Below are positions 47,160-57,053 of a DNA stretch of 64,000 bases, piece after piece. Both the position numbers and the translations under genes were made by a program. The first letter of the stretch is position 1, and every line of letters starts with the position of its first letter. Under the pieces are notes generated by a model. It had not been told where the DNA came from. It did no database searches and saw only the letters and a program-made list of their open reading frames with translations. Source of the stretch: an uncultured Bacteroidales bacterium (lineage in GTDB: Bacteria; Bacteroidota; Bacteroidia; Bacteroidales; VadinHA17). The stretch lies in assembly GCA_963823065.1 (NCBI GenBank), contig CAWGJX010000004.1:1280139-1344138 (forward strand), written 5' to 3'.

Positions 47160-48401
47160 CTATTTTTCCGGGTATTCGCACAATACCCCTTTGTAATTAC
47201 GCAATACTATACGTTCATCAGTATGTTCCACTACATAATCAGGAAGCAAGGGGATTTTTCCGCCGCCGCCTGGAGCGTCAACGACAAACGTTGGTACAGC
47301 ATAACCACTGGTAAAGCCTCTTAGTCCTTTTATTATTTCAAGACCTTTTTTGACAGTAGTTCTGAAATGACCCGATCCGGGGATCAGATCACATTGATAT
47401 AGATAATATGGTCTTACTCTGATTTTTAGTAATTTATGCATAAGCAGCTTCATTGTAGGTACATTATCGTTGATGCCTTTTAGAAGAACTGTCTGACTTC
47501 CGAGAGGGAATCCTCCGTCTGCCAGTTTGTTACATGCTTTTGCACATTCATCCGTAATCTCATCTGGATGTGAAAAATGCAGACTGATGAAAAGCGGATG
47601 GTATTTCCTCAAAATAGTTATCAGGTTGTCAGTTATTCTCTGAGGAAGAACCACAGGAACCCTTGTTCCTATTCTTATTATTTCGACATGCTCAATACGC
47701 CGGATATTTGAAAGAATATAATCGAGAGTCTCATCATTTAATGTGAGAGGATCACCTCCGCTGATGAGTACATCACGTACTTCCTTATGCGTGGCAATAT
47801 AATTAAAAGCTTTTTCAAAATCCTGTCTTCCAAGTTTATCGAGTCGTCCGACAGAATGTGAACGTGTGCAATATCTGCAATAATTTGAGCATACTTGTGT
47901 AACTGTAAACAGAACCCTGTCAGGGTATCTATGTACAATTCCTTTTACTGGTGAGAAAGATTTTTCATGCAGGGGATCAGATTGCTCGCTACTTGTTTCA
48001 AGTAATTCTTCAACAACCGGAACTACATTACGACGTAATGGATTCGACGGTTTGGTGTTGTAAATTAAAGAAGCAAAATAGGGAGTGATTCTGAGAGGTA
48101 AGCGACCTTTTAGATTATTAATAGCCAGAATCTCCTTTTCGGATAATTTCATGATTTTCTTTAGATCTTCGATGCTTGTGAGAGCATTTCGAAGTTGCCA
48201 TTTCCAATCATTCCAGGAATCGATAGTCGTTAGGGGGAAGAAGCGGCTCATAAAGTCCGAACTTCGGTTGCTAACTAACGGAATTGGGATTTCGTTTTGC
48301 GAAAAAATCATGGTTTTCGCGCCAGGCTCTTCATCAGAAGAACAACCCACGAGGCGACTCTCTCCATGGAGCGTCGTAGCCTCATTATTGTTAGCGTTCA
48401 T
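47160..48401 (-). CDS. kamA: Lysine 2,3-aminomutase family radical SAM enzyme (KamA/AblA-like)
   Basis: CSNYCRYCTRS (CxxxCxxC), ISGGDPL, YQCDL and VVDAPGGGGK. The first 30-50 N-terminal residues are of uncertain reality. Confidence 0.85.
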   Translation of the reverse strand: MNANNNEATTLHGESRLVGCSSDEEPGAKTMIFSQNEIPIPLVSNRSSDFMSRFFPLTTIDSWNDWKWQLRNALTSIEDLKKIMKLSEKEILAINNLKGRLPLRITPYFASLIYNTKPSNPLRRNVVPVVEELLETSSEQSDPLHEKSFSPVKGIVHRYPDRVLFTVTQVCSNYCRYCTRSHSVGRLDKLGRQDFEKAFNYIATHKEVRDVLISGGDPLTLNDETLDYILSNIRRIEHVEIIRIGTRVPVVLPQRITDNLITILRKYHPLFISLHFSHPDEITDECAKACNKLADGGFPLGSQTVLLKGINDNVPTMKLLMHKLLKIRVRPYYLYQCDLIPGSGHFRTTVKKGLEIIKGLRGFTSGYAVPTFVVDAPGGGGKIPLLPDYVVEHTDERIVLRNYKGVLCEYPEK

Positions 48402-48839
48402 AACAGATGATGAAATTTCTTCACCTTTTCTTTTTTAAGTTTGTTTGTTTTAAATTAGTACTGTTTAATTAAAATAGTTGTCACGAAAGTATATAATCTA
48501 TAAATACATTGTATCATTCGGTAATCATAAATATTAACACTATTGGCATTTTATTAACAACCCTTCTTTTTTGGTTTGCCGTTCAGCTTTGCAAATCGCA
48601 TAGTAATAGCATTTTACATAAATTTTAAAACAAAAATAATACTAGAATAAATCTGGTAATATTTTGTGTTTATTTTTACAAATCATTTTAAATATCATCA
48701 ATACGTCAGGTGGAAAAAATAATTTCACGATTAATGAAATTCAAACAGGTAAATTGTCAGTGCCCTTTAATAAATATGTTCATTAAATGACTTTCATTAG
48801 TATGTCAGAACACTCACTTTTTGATATTGTTCATTTCCT

Positions 48840-49280
48840 TCATTCAGACTCACCTGAATCTCTTCTCATTTTTTTAATATTTCCCCTTACTCGTTTTCCT
48901 TCCAGTCTTTTGATCTTTGAAGACAAGGTAGGTTTTGTAGAACGTCGTATTTTTTGAACTGTAAGGGCTTTTGAAATAAGATCATAAAATTTTTCGGTCA
49001 CGACGATCTTATTCATAAGCTGTGTCCTTTCGGATTGTGAGACAAGCAATAATTCTCCGTCCTTTGTAATCTTGTTTTTCAACTTCGTGAAGATCAGTTG
49101 TTTTTCTTCTTCAGAAAAAATTGAAGTTGAAATAAGACTAAACCTCAATTCAACTTTGGTACTTACTTTATTCACATTCTGACCACCAGGACCGCTGCTT
49201 CTTGAAGTTGAAAAAGTAAATTCTTTTTCAATATTCCGGTTTTTAAGTTCTTCAGAATTCATAACATACGTTTTTGTCAC
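48840..49280 (-). CDS. arfB: Alternative ribosome-rescue factor ArfB (peptidyl-tRNA hydrolase, GGQ)
   Basis: GPGGQNVNKVSTKVELRF and a basic C-terminal tail, 146 aa. Confidence 0.85.
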   Translation of the reverse strand: MTKTYVMNSEELKNRNIEKEFTFSTSRSSGPGGQNVNKVSTKVELRFSLISTSIFSEEEKQLIFTKLKNKITKDGELLLVSQSERTQLMNKIVVTEKFYDLISKALTVQKIRRSTKPTLSSKIKRLEGKRVRGNIKKMRRDSGESE

Positions 49281-50179
49281 ACAAAGAATAGAGCTACGCC
49301 GGCAACACTTACAATAGCTCCCAATACTTCCGGAATTGTTACTTTCTCTTTAAAGAAAACGACAGCAGGAATTATAATAAATACAGGAACAAGAGCCATA
49401 ATTGTTGATGCAATCCCTGCTTCAGTGTACTTAATAGCTATAAGTGAAAATGAAACACCCAGAAATGGTCCGAAAAACGCACCTAAACTAGTCAGAACCA
49501 TCCCTGAATTATTTTTAGTAGCTTTCATTACACTTACCCATCTTGCCAAAAATGTTACCAGAATTGTATATCCGAATATACCAGCGATTATTCGTATTTG
49601 TGTCGCGGCAAATGGATCATAATTTTTCATCCCGAATTTACTTAGAACAAGTCCAAGTGCCTGTCCAACTGCTCCTCCGAAAGCGTAAAGGATTCCTCTT
49701 GGAGCAAGTTTTAATGACAATTTCTCTCCTTTCCCGGCACGACTGAATATTGCCATTACGATACCGGCAAAAGTAAGTGTCATCCCCAGGTAATGAAACA
49801 AAGTAAGCTTTTCGCCCAAAATTAAATAACTGAAAAATGCGGTAACAGGAGGGACTAGTGTCATAATAAGCATTGAAAACCTTGAACCTATCATTGTATA
49901 GGATTTGAACAGAAACAGATCTCCAAATACAAACCCTACCAGGCCCGATAATGATAACCATATCCAGTTCTCTGCACTTGCATCGACAGGCAAGACGAAA
50001 CCTCTTCGTATAAGTGTGAATATGCTAAGAAATACAAAACCCAGAACAAGTCTGAGAATATTTACAGCTATGGATCCAATCTTATTACTTGCTGCCTCAA
50101 ATGAAAGTGATGTGATTGTCCAGAAAAACGCAGTCAGTAATGCTGCGAATTCGCCCAGGTGATGATTGAAAAAATCCAT
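49277..50179 (-). CDS. DMT family transporter (EamA-type, 10 TMS)
   Basis: Two EamA-like halves, 300 aa. It overlaps the arfB start by 4 nt. Confidence 0.8.
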   Translation of the reverse strand: MDFFNHHLGEFAALLTAFFWTITSLSFEAASNKIGSIAVNILRLVLGFVFLSIFTLIRRGFVLPVDASAENWIWLSLSGLVGFVFGDLFLFKSYTMIGSRFSMLIMTLVPPVTAFFSYLILGEKLTLFHYLGMTLTFAGIVMAIFSRAGKGEKLSLKLAPRGILYAFGGAVGQALGLVLSKFGMKNYDPFAATQIRIIAGIFGYTILVTFLARWVSVMKATKNNSGMVLTSLGAFFGPFLGVSFSLIAIKYTEAGIASTIMALVPVFIIIPAVVFFKEKVTIPEVLGAIVSVAGVALFFV

Positions 50180-50270
50180 AGTAATTTCAGGAAGTAGTAA
50201 GTATCTTTAAAGGGCGTAAATTTAGAATTATTTGTGATAATTACCCTTATGGACATAAATGAACATTTTT

Positions 50271-50445
50271 AACCGCAAAGTACGCTAAGAAAGCACACCC
50301 CCTGCCGCTGCGCGGCTGTCCCCCTAAAAGGGGACTAAAACTGTTCTTTAAAGGGAATTTCATTAGGTCATAAAACATAAAGCCCCCCCTTGGGAGGGTT
50401 GGGGGGTGCGACCTTTGTAAAAACCTTTGTGACTTTTGAGGTTAA
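50271..50445. repeat. Family-A GC-hairpin repeat, copy A3, a complete composite with both outer arms
   Basis: AACCGCAAAGTACGCTAAGAAAGCACA + CCCCCTGCCGCTGCGCGGCTGTCCCCCTAAAAGGGGAC ... CCCCCCCTTGGGAGGG..GGGGGGTGCG + ACCTTTGTAAAAACCTTTGTGACTTTTGAGGTT. Confidence 0.75.
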
Positions 50446-50499
50446 TTGATTTATTTTTTGATTTTAATAAGTATTGTAAATTCTAAACAGATTAATAAA

Positions 50500-51246
50500 A
50501 TGTATACTAATCTCAAAGAACACTTTATCAGTCAATGGAAGAAGTATTTTAACAATGCTGATCTTCCAATAACATTCTTTTATACAGATGACCCCGGAGA
50601 TACTACTGTCTTCAAGACTTCTGAAAAACGAAGCTGCATTATATGTGAGCTCCAAAAAGTAAGATCAGGACAATCACTTGCATTTAATTATGATTCAGTT
50701 AAATGCGGAGGAGCAAAGCGTTATATGGGATTTGCTGAGACAGTACGTCCGAATTTTGAGTATTTTCTTTCATGCGGTATTGAGAACAAGATGGAAGGAG
50801 AGAGGTATATACAGACACCACAGCTCGTCCTGGATCTGACGAAGAAACAAAAGAAGATGAATATTCCCGGTAAATATATAGTGTTTAAACGGTGGGATAA
50901 ACTGACTGTAAATGAGACTCCGGATGTTGTTATTTTCTTTTCAACCGCGGATGTTCTTTCCGGACTCTTTACTCTTGCAAACTTTGATCAGTCTGAACCG
51001 GATAGTACTATTGCACCATTTGGCCCGGGTTGCGGATCAATAGTTTATTTCCCTTTTATTGAAAAGGACTCCGAACGGCCGAGAGCTGTGCTCGGGCTAT
51101 TCGATGTCTCAGCCCGGCCATGTGTTCAGGAGGGGATACTTACCTTTTCGGTTCCGATGATCAAATTCAAAAAAATGATCAGCTATATGGATGAGAGTTT
51201 CCTTATTACTGATTCCTGGAAGAAAGTTCAGAAAAGAATTAAATAG
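50500..51246 (+). CDS. DUF169 family protein
   Basis: Start MYTNLKEHF. The CELQKVRSGQSLAFNYDSVKCGGAKRYMGF region resembles my recollection of DUF169 (COG2043). Confidence 0.55.
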   Translation: MYTNLKEHFISQWKKYFNNADLPITFFYTDDPGDTTVFKTSEKRSCIICELQKVRSGQSLAFNYDSVKCGGAKRYMGFAETVRPNFEYFLSCGIENKMEGERYIQTPQLVLDLTKKQKKMNIPGKYIVFKRWDKLTVNETPDVVIFFSTADVLSGLFTLANFDQSEPDSTIAPFGPGCGSIVYFPFIEKDSERPRAVLGLFDVSARPCVQEGILTFSVPMIKFKKMISYMDESFLITDSWKKVQKRIK

Positions 51247-51262
51247 AAGTCCGCGAGCTTGA

Positions 51263-51394
51263 GCCCCCCAACCCCCCTAAAGGGGGGCTAATACTGTGTA
51301 TATAAGTGAATTTATCTTTAAAACTCAGCATTTTTCCCCCTTTAGGGGGATGTCCAGCTTTCCGAGTTTGTCGAGGAAAGCTGGACAGGGGGCC
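51263..51394. repeat. Family-A GC-hairpin repeat, copy A4 (variant with an extra hairpin)
   Basis: CCCCCCTAAAGGGGGG..GTGAATTTAT..CCCCCTTTAGGGGG, followed by GTCCAGCTTTCC-GAGTTTGTC-GAGGAAAGCTGGAC. Confidence 0.7.
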
Positions 51395-51402
51395 ATAAAG
51401 CG

Positions 51403-54129
51403 CTAGTCTGCAATCTCAAAAGTATAGTCACCTGAACCAGCCTGCATAGTAAGCTGATTATCCGAAAATTTTATATCTGTCAGATAAGTATCCTGGGTTA
51501 ATGCTTTTCCCGATTCTGTTACTTTGCTTTGGCTGGAAGCAGGCAGAAAAATTGTAGCAGTAGTATTAGCAGGTATTTTTACTTTCACAATAACTTTTCC
51601 GTCTTTTCTTTCCCAACCTGAAGCAATTGTTCCGTATGAGCTTTCAAAAGAGGCTTTTGAATATGTGAGCTTACTGGTTGGATGTGGTTGAATAATTATA
51701 TGCTTATATCCTGCTCCATTTGTTTCAATTCCTGCAGATACCCTGTACATCCAATCGCCGATAGCTCCATAAGCATAATGATTGAACGAGTTCATTCCGG
51801 CATCCTCGAAAGTACTGTCGGTTTTTTCTCCATCCCAGCGTTCCCATATTGTTGTGGCACCCATTTTAACAGGATATAACCATGAAGGATAAGATTCCTG
51901 AAGCAGAAGATCGTAGGCTATTTCAGTATATCCGTTTGAGGATAAAACATGACACAAATATGGTGTACCCAGGAAGCCGGTAGAAAGGTGATTGTCCCTG
52001 CTTTTAATGTCATTATTGAGAAACTCAGCCGCTTTACTTCGCAGATTATCAGGCAGAAGATTGAATTTTAGAGCAAGGACATAAGAAGTTTGTGAATTTG
52101 TTCCTACTCGTCCGGCATTTGTTACATATTCATTGATAAACACATTCTTTATTTTATTAAAAAGATCTGAATAGATTTTTTCGTCATCCGTTTTACCCAT
52201 TGCCTTTGCAGCATCAGCAAGAAGACTTGTTGAATATGCGAAAAATGCTGTAGCGATAAAATCATGTTCTGTGTATCCGTCAGCTTCAGTATGATTATTT
52301 ACAGGAGGGTGATAAAACAGCCAGTCTCCATATTTACTTCCGCCTTTCCATATATAACTATCTCCGGCTTTCTTACGTATATATTCAACCCATGCTTTCA
52401 TGCTCTGATACTGATTTTCCAGGAAATTTTTATCACCATATACTATATACATGGTCCATGGAGCAATGACTGAAACATCACCCCAACCGGCTGAAGGCTG
52501 TGCTGTCAGGGCGCCCTGTTTATTCAATATGTCAGGAATGACATCCGGTACTTCTCCTCCTGGTTTCTGATCTGCGGCCAGATCTTTCAACCATTTTGTG
52601 AAAAATGATGAAACATCCATGTTGAATGCTGCTGTCCTGCAGAATGCCTGTGCATCACCTGTCCAGCCAAGCCGTTCATCTCTTTGCGGGCAATCTGTTG
52701 GTACATCCACAAAATTTCCGTACTGACCCCATTGGATATTATGCTGGAGCTGATTGACAAGAGGATTGGAACACTCATACATTCCGGTTACAGCCATATC
52801 TGAATGAACAACCACCCCGGTGAGATTATCAATTGCAAGGTCGCCAGGGAAACCTTCAACTTCAACAAACCTGAATCCCATAAAAGTAAACCTTGGCTCG
52901 TATGTTTCCTGGCCTTCACCCGATAGTGTATATGTTAGCTGGCATTTTGCAGCGCGTAGGTTTTCAGTATAAAATTCTCCCTTTTTGTCAAGCACCTCTG
53001 CATGTCTTAATGTCACAACAGTTCCTTTTTTACCTGTGACTTTCAATCGTAACCATCCTACCATGTTCTGTCCCATATCTACGATTAGTTGACCTTTAGG
53101 TGACCTGAATATCTTTACAGGTTTTATCTCCTGTATTTTCCTGACAGGTGACCCTTCTGATGCTATAAGGTTATTAAGATTGTAATTGCCAATGCTCACA
53201 TTCTGCCACTTTGTGTCATTGAATCCCGGGCTACTCCATCCGGCAATGCTGATCGTTGCATCATAGGTTTCACCATTATAAATGTCATCCATCCTTATTG
53301 GTCCATCCTTCGAAGCCTTCCATGTTTCGTCACTGACAATAGTTGTCACCGAACCATCATTATATGTAATTTTCAACTGAAGAAGGACACCAAGCCTTTT
53401 CCCGTAAACCGCCCAGTTGTTACCCCAGGCAAGAGTACCTCTGTACCATCCGTCACCGAGCATGGCTCCGATCGCATTGTTCCCTTTTTGCAACATCTTT
53501 GTAACATCATACACCTGGTACTGAAGCCTTTTACTGTAAGATGTCCATCCGGGAGTAAGTACCTGGTCTCCAACCTTTTTCCCGTTTATCTCAAGTTCAT
53601 AAAAACCATGAGACGTAACATATACTCTCGCAGACGAAATTGATCGTGTCAGCTGGAAATCTTTTCTGAAAAGAGAAGCAGGTGAATATCTTAATGTATC
53701 AGTATTAATCTCAATCCATTTTGCTTTCCATTCGGAAGTGGAGAGCAGTCCCATTTCCCAATGAGCCGGTTGGCTCCATTTTGATTCGGTTCCCTTGTTA
53801 TCCCAGATTTTTACCTCCCAGAAGTATCTCTGACCCGACCGGAGTTCCGGACCTTTATATGTCTGAAGAATTGATTCGCTGGTTTCAATTTTCCCTGATT
53901 GCCAAACAATAGAAGAAAATTTCTCATCTGAAGCCACCCTTAATAAATAAGCAGTTTGCAAAATATTATTTCCATTGCCTCTTATCTTCCATGAAAACCG
54001 GGGTTGTTTGTTGCCAATGCCAACCGGGTTAATCTTATGATCAACAGTCAGGTCCTTTAATGAAAGATCCTGTGCAAAAGCAGCACAGAAAAACGAAAGA
54101 AAAATGATTGTAAGTTTGAGTGATTTCAT
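51403..54129 (-). CDS. Alpha-L-rhamnosidase (GH78), secreted
   Basis: 908 aa with a signal peptide. The N-terminal PRFSWKI-type rhamnosidase N domain and the (alpha/alpha)6 catalytic region (DCPQRDERLGWTGD). Confidence 0.85.
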   Translation of the reverse strand: MKSLKLTIIFLSFFCAAFAQDLSLKDLTVDHKINPVGIGNKQPRFSWKIRGNGNNILQTAYLLRVASDEKFSSIVWQSGKIETSESILQTYKGPELRSGQRYFWEVKIWDNKGTESKWSQPAHWEMGLLSTSEWKAKWIEINTDTLRYSPASLFRKDFQLTRSISSARVYVTSHGFYELEINGKKVGDQVLTPGWTSYSKRLQYQVYDVTKMLQKGNNAIGAMLGDGWYRGTLAWGNNWAVYGKRLGVLLQLKITYNDGSVTTIVSDETWKASKDGPIRMDDIYNGETYDATISIAGWSSPGFNDTKWQNVSIGNYNLNNLIASEGSPVRKIQEIKPVKIFRSPKGQLIVDMGQNMVGWLRLKVTGKKGTVVTLRHAEVLDKKGEFYTENLRAAKCQLTYTLSGEGQETYEPRFTFMGFRFVEVEGFPGDLAIDNLTGVVVHSDMAVTGMYECSNPLVNQLQHNIQWGQYGNFVDVPTDCPQRDERLGWTGDAQAFCRTAAFNMDVSSFFTKWLKDLAADQKPGGEVPDVIPDILNKQGALTAQPSAGWGDVSVIAPWTMYIVYGDKNFLENQYQSMKAWVEYIRKKAGDSYIWKGGSKYGDWLFYHPPVNNHTEADGYTEHDFIATAFFAYSTSLLADAAKAMGKTDDEKIYSDLFNKIKNVFINEYVTNAGRVGTNSQTSYVLALKFNLLPDNLRSKAAEFLNNDIKSRDNHLSTGFLGTPYLCHVLSSNGYTEIAYDLLLQESYPSWLYPVKMGATTIWERWDGEKTDSTFEDAGMNSFNHYAYGAIGDWMYRVSAGIETNGAGYKHIIIQPHPTSKLTYSKASFESSYGTIASGWERKDGKVIVKVKIPANTTATIFLPASSQSKVTESGKALTQDTYLTDIKFSDNQLTMQAGSGDYTFEIAD

Positions 54130-54257
54130 GATTTGAATTTAATTGATATTCGATATCAAGGATATAAAAAATTGTCTGAATAAAAAAATATCTCAAAAGG
54201 CTTTTTCATGACCCGAAAGTTTATAAATTGCAGTTCACTCTAATCAATGCTGGTTAA

Positions 54258-55287
54258 ATGAATCCATTATCAGGTATCTTGTTGATTGCACTGGGAAGTA
54301 TTGGGGCTGCAAGCTTCTATGTGCCATTTAAAAAAGTGAAGTTGTGGGCATGGGAATCTTACTGGCTTAGTCAGGGTGTTGCAGCGTGGCTGATTGCACC
54401 GGTTTTATTTGCATTTATTTTTGTTCCAAAGGGGCAGCTTCTTCCGATAATTCATGATGCACCTTTGTCAGCCAAACTCTGGGCAATGTTTTTTGGAGCT
54501 TTATGGGGTTTTGGTGGTCTTACATTTGGATTAAGTATCAGATATCTGGGTGTTGCACTAGGGCAAAGTATTGCACTGGGATTATGCGCAGCTTTTGGTA
54601 CTCTTATACCACCTTTAATTGCTGGTGAAAATCTTTTCTCATCAACAGCAGGAATATTAACAATTGTTGGGGTATCCATTACCGTTGTCGGGATTGCAGT
54701 AATAGGCTATGCAGGATCACTTAAGAGTAAGGAGATGACTGAGGAGGAGAAAAAGGCTGCCGTTAAAGAATTTGCACTGAAAAAAGGGATACTCATTGCA
54801 ATTTTCGCAGGGATAATGAGTGCCTGTTTTAATTTCGGATTCGAATCCGGTAAGCCAATTGAAGCAGTAGCTCTTTCACATGGAACAAATCCTTTATTTC
54901 AAAAAAACCCATCGCTTATATTCATTCTTCTTGGAGGATTTATTACCAACCTGGTCTATTGCGGATATCTGAATATTAAAAATAAAACATATAAAGATTA
55001 TTATTCCGTATCAGGAAGCATACTTGCTTAATAATCTGTTTTTTACTTTTCTGGCAGGGTTCCTCTGGTTTCTTCAGTTCCATTTTTTCGGAATGGGCTC
55101 AAGCAGACTTCCACAGGGAATGGCCGTTTTCGGTTGGAGTATCCTCATGGCACTGAATATAGCTATAAGCAACATCTGGGGGATATTCCTTAATGAATGG
55201 AAGGGTGTTAAAAGGAAAACTATTATTGTATTGTCCATTGGAATTATTATTCTTATTCTTTCAACGTTTGTTGTAAAATTAGGTTAG
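54258..55287 (+). pseudogene. rhaT: L-rhamnose/H+ symporter RhaT, split by a 1-nt indel between about 54973 and 55024 (ORFs 54258-55031 and 55024-55287)
   Basis: 257 aa plus 87 aa add up to a normal RhaT of about 344 aa. The second fragment, LFFTFLAGFLWFLQFHFFGMG, continues the family sequence in the +1 frame. Confidence 0.8.
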
Positions 55288-55292
55288 ATAAT

Positions 55293-55613
55293 ATGGAAAC
55301 AAAAAGATTTGGTTTTAAAATGAAAATGCTTCCCGGATTTAAGGAAGAGTACAAAAAGAGGCACAGCGAAATATGGCCGGAGCTTGTACAATTATTGAAA
55401 AATGAAGGCATTGGGAATTATTCAATTTTTCTTGATGAAGAGACCAATACTCTTTTTGCCTATCAGGAACAATCGGGCGAAAATTCTTCTCAGGATCTTG
55501 GAAATACTGAAATTGTGAAAAAATGGTGGAAATATATGGCTGATATTATGGAGACTAATGCAGATAGTTCTCCGGTGACAATCCCCTTGGAGCAGGTATT
55601 TTATATGGAATAA
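55293..55613 (+). CDS. rhaM: L-rhamnose mutarotase
   Basis: YKKRHSEIWPEL...KKWWKYMADIM...SPVTIPLEQVFYME parallels E. coli RhaM. Confidence 0.85.
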   Translation: METKRFGFKMKMLPGFKEEYKKRHSEIWPELVQLLKNEGIGNYSIFLDEETNTLFAYQEQSGENSSQDLGNTEIVKKWWKYMADIMETNADSSPVTIPLEQVFYME

Positions 55614-55634
55614 GTAGTTTTAACAATATCGAAT

Positions 55635-56900
55635 ATGAAAAAGGAAATTATTGAAAAATCATATCAGCTCGCAAAGGAACAATATGCTGAATTAGGGATT
55701 GATACTGACAAAGTTCTTTCAGAACTTGACAATATAAGTATCAGCCTTCATTGCTGGCAGACAGATGATGTTGGTGGTTTTGAAAAACCAGGTTCAGTTC
55801 TTGGAGGAGGAGGAATTCAGGCTACCGGTAATTTCCCCGGGAAAGCAAAAACAATTGAACAGATGCGGGCCGATCTTGATAAGGTAATGTCAATTCTCCC
55901 GGGGAAACAAAGACTAAACCTGCATGCAATCTATGGCGAATTTGGTGGAAAACTTGTTGATCGCGATCAGATAGAACCAAAACATTTCCAGGGTTGGATA
56001 GATTGGGCAAAGAAAAGAGATATAGGCCTTGACTTCAATTGCACATGCTTTTCTCATCCGCTGGCTGATGAAGGTTTTACACTTTCCAGCAAAGATGAAA
56101 AGGTCAGGAAATTCTGGGTGGAACATACAAAACGATGCAGGGCAATTGCAGCCGAAATGGGAAAACAGCTTGGTACTCCATCAGTTCATAATATCTGGAT
56201 ACCGGATGGAATGAAAGATATTCCGGTTGACAGGAATACCTTGCGAAAGCAGCTTAAGAAATCTTTTGATGAGATATTCGCAGTAAAATATCCAAAGGAA
56301 TATCTGAAGGATTCAGTTGAAAGTAAGTTATTTGGCATTGGTTCAGAATCGATGGTAGTAGGATCCCACGATTTTTATCTTGGTTATGCTATAAAAAACA
56401 ATACAATGATTACTCTCGATAATGGTCATTTTCACCCAACGGAACAGGTCGGGGATAAGATTTCCTCAATTCTTCAATTTATCGATGAAATACTTTTGCA
56501 TTTAACAAGAGGAGTGAGCTGGGATAGTGATCATGTTTTAACATTTAATGAAGATCTCTTGCTTATTACCCAGGAAATTGTCCGTTCGAAAGCATTGAAC
56601 AGGGTTAATATTGGTCTCGATTTTTTTGATGCGAGTCTTAACAGTATAGGAGCTTATGTTATTGGAGTACGTTCAGCTCAGCTGGCATTTATGTATGCTC
56701 TTCTCGAACCTTTTAATACACTCGTTCAGTATGAAGAAAAAGGGAAGAATTTCGAAAGACTTGCATTGCTTGAGTTATTAAAAACTATGCCCTTCGGAGC
56801 CATTTATGATTATTATTGTATGAAAAACAATGTTCCTGTTGGGCATGATTATATTGATGAAATTTTAAAATACGAAAAAGAAGTATTATTTAAGAGATAA
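55635..56900 (+). CDS. rhaA: L-rhamnose isomerase
   Basis: SLHCWQTDDVGGFE motif and 421-aa length, as in E. coli RhaA. Confidence 0.9.
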   Translation: MKKEIIEKSYQLAKEQYAELGIDTDKVLSELDNISISLHCWQTDDVGGFEKPGSVLGGGGIQATGNFPGKAKTIEQMRADLDKVMSILPGKQRLNLHAIYGEFGGKLVDRDQIEPKHFQGWIDWAKKRDIGLDFNCTCFSHPLADEGFTLSSKDEKVRKFWVEHTKRCRAIAAEMGKQLGTPSVHNIWIPDGMKDIPVDRNTLRKQLKKSFDEIFAVKYPKEYLKDSVESKLFGIGSESMVVGSHDFYLGYAIKNNTMITLDNGHFHPTEQVGDKISSILQFIDEILLHLTRGVSWDSDHVLTFNEDLLLITQEIVRSKALNRVNIGLDFFDASLNSIGAYVIGVRSAQLAFMYALLEPFNTLVQYEEKGKNFERLALLELLKTMPFGAIYDYYCMKNNVPVGHDYIDEILKYEKEVLFKR

Positions 56901-56905
56901 TTTTC

Positions 56906-57000
56906 CTTTATGTTACTTTGTGATACCCTTTGTGCCCTTTGTGGTTATAGGTTTTATTTACCACTAAGGGACACTAAGGTAACACTAAGGTCCACAAAGA
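56906..57000. repeat. Imperfect palindrome whose arms are arrays of 9-10-nt units (CTTTGTG / CACTAAG)
   Basis: Left arm CCTTTATGTTACTTTGTGATACCCTTTGTGCCCTTTGTGGT. Right arm ACCACTAAGGGACACTAAGGTAACACTAAGGTCCACAAAGAG. Confidence 0.7.
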
Positions 57001-57053
57001 GAAAATAATGGAAAATTTATGAAATCATTAGCTTTTGGAATTGAGGAGATGAA

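Noticed and set aside
48402-48839. Lysine riboswitch in the long region upstream of kamA
   Set aside because: The region is extremely AT-rich. It has no L-box-like GC helices or conserved cores (no AGAGGNGC or GCCGAAG-type segments) on the minus strand.
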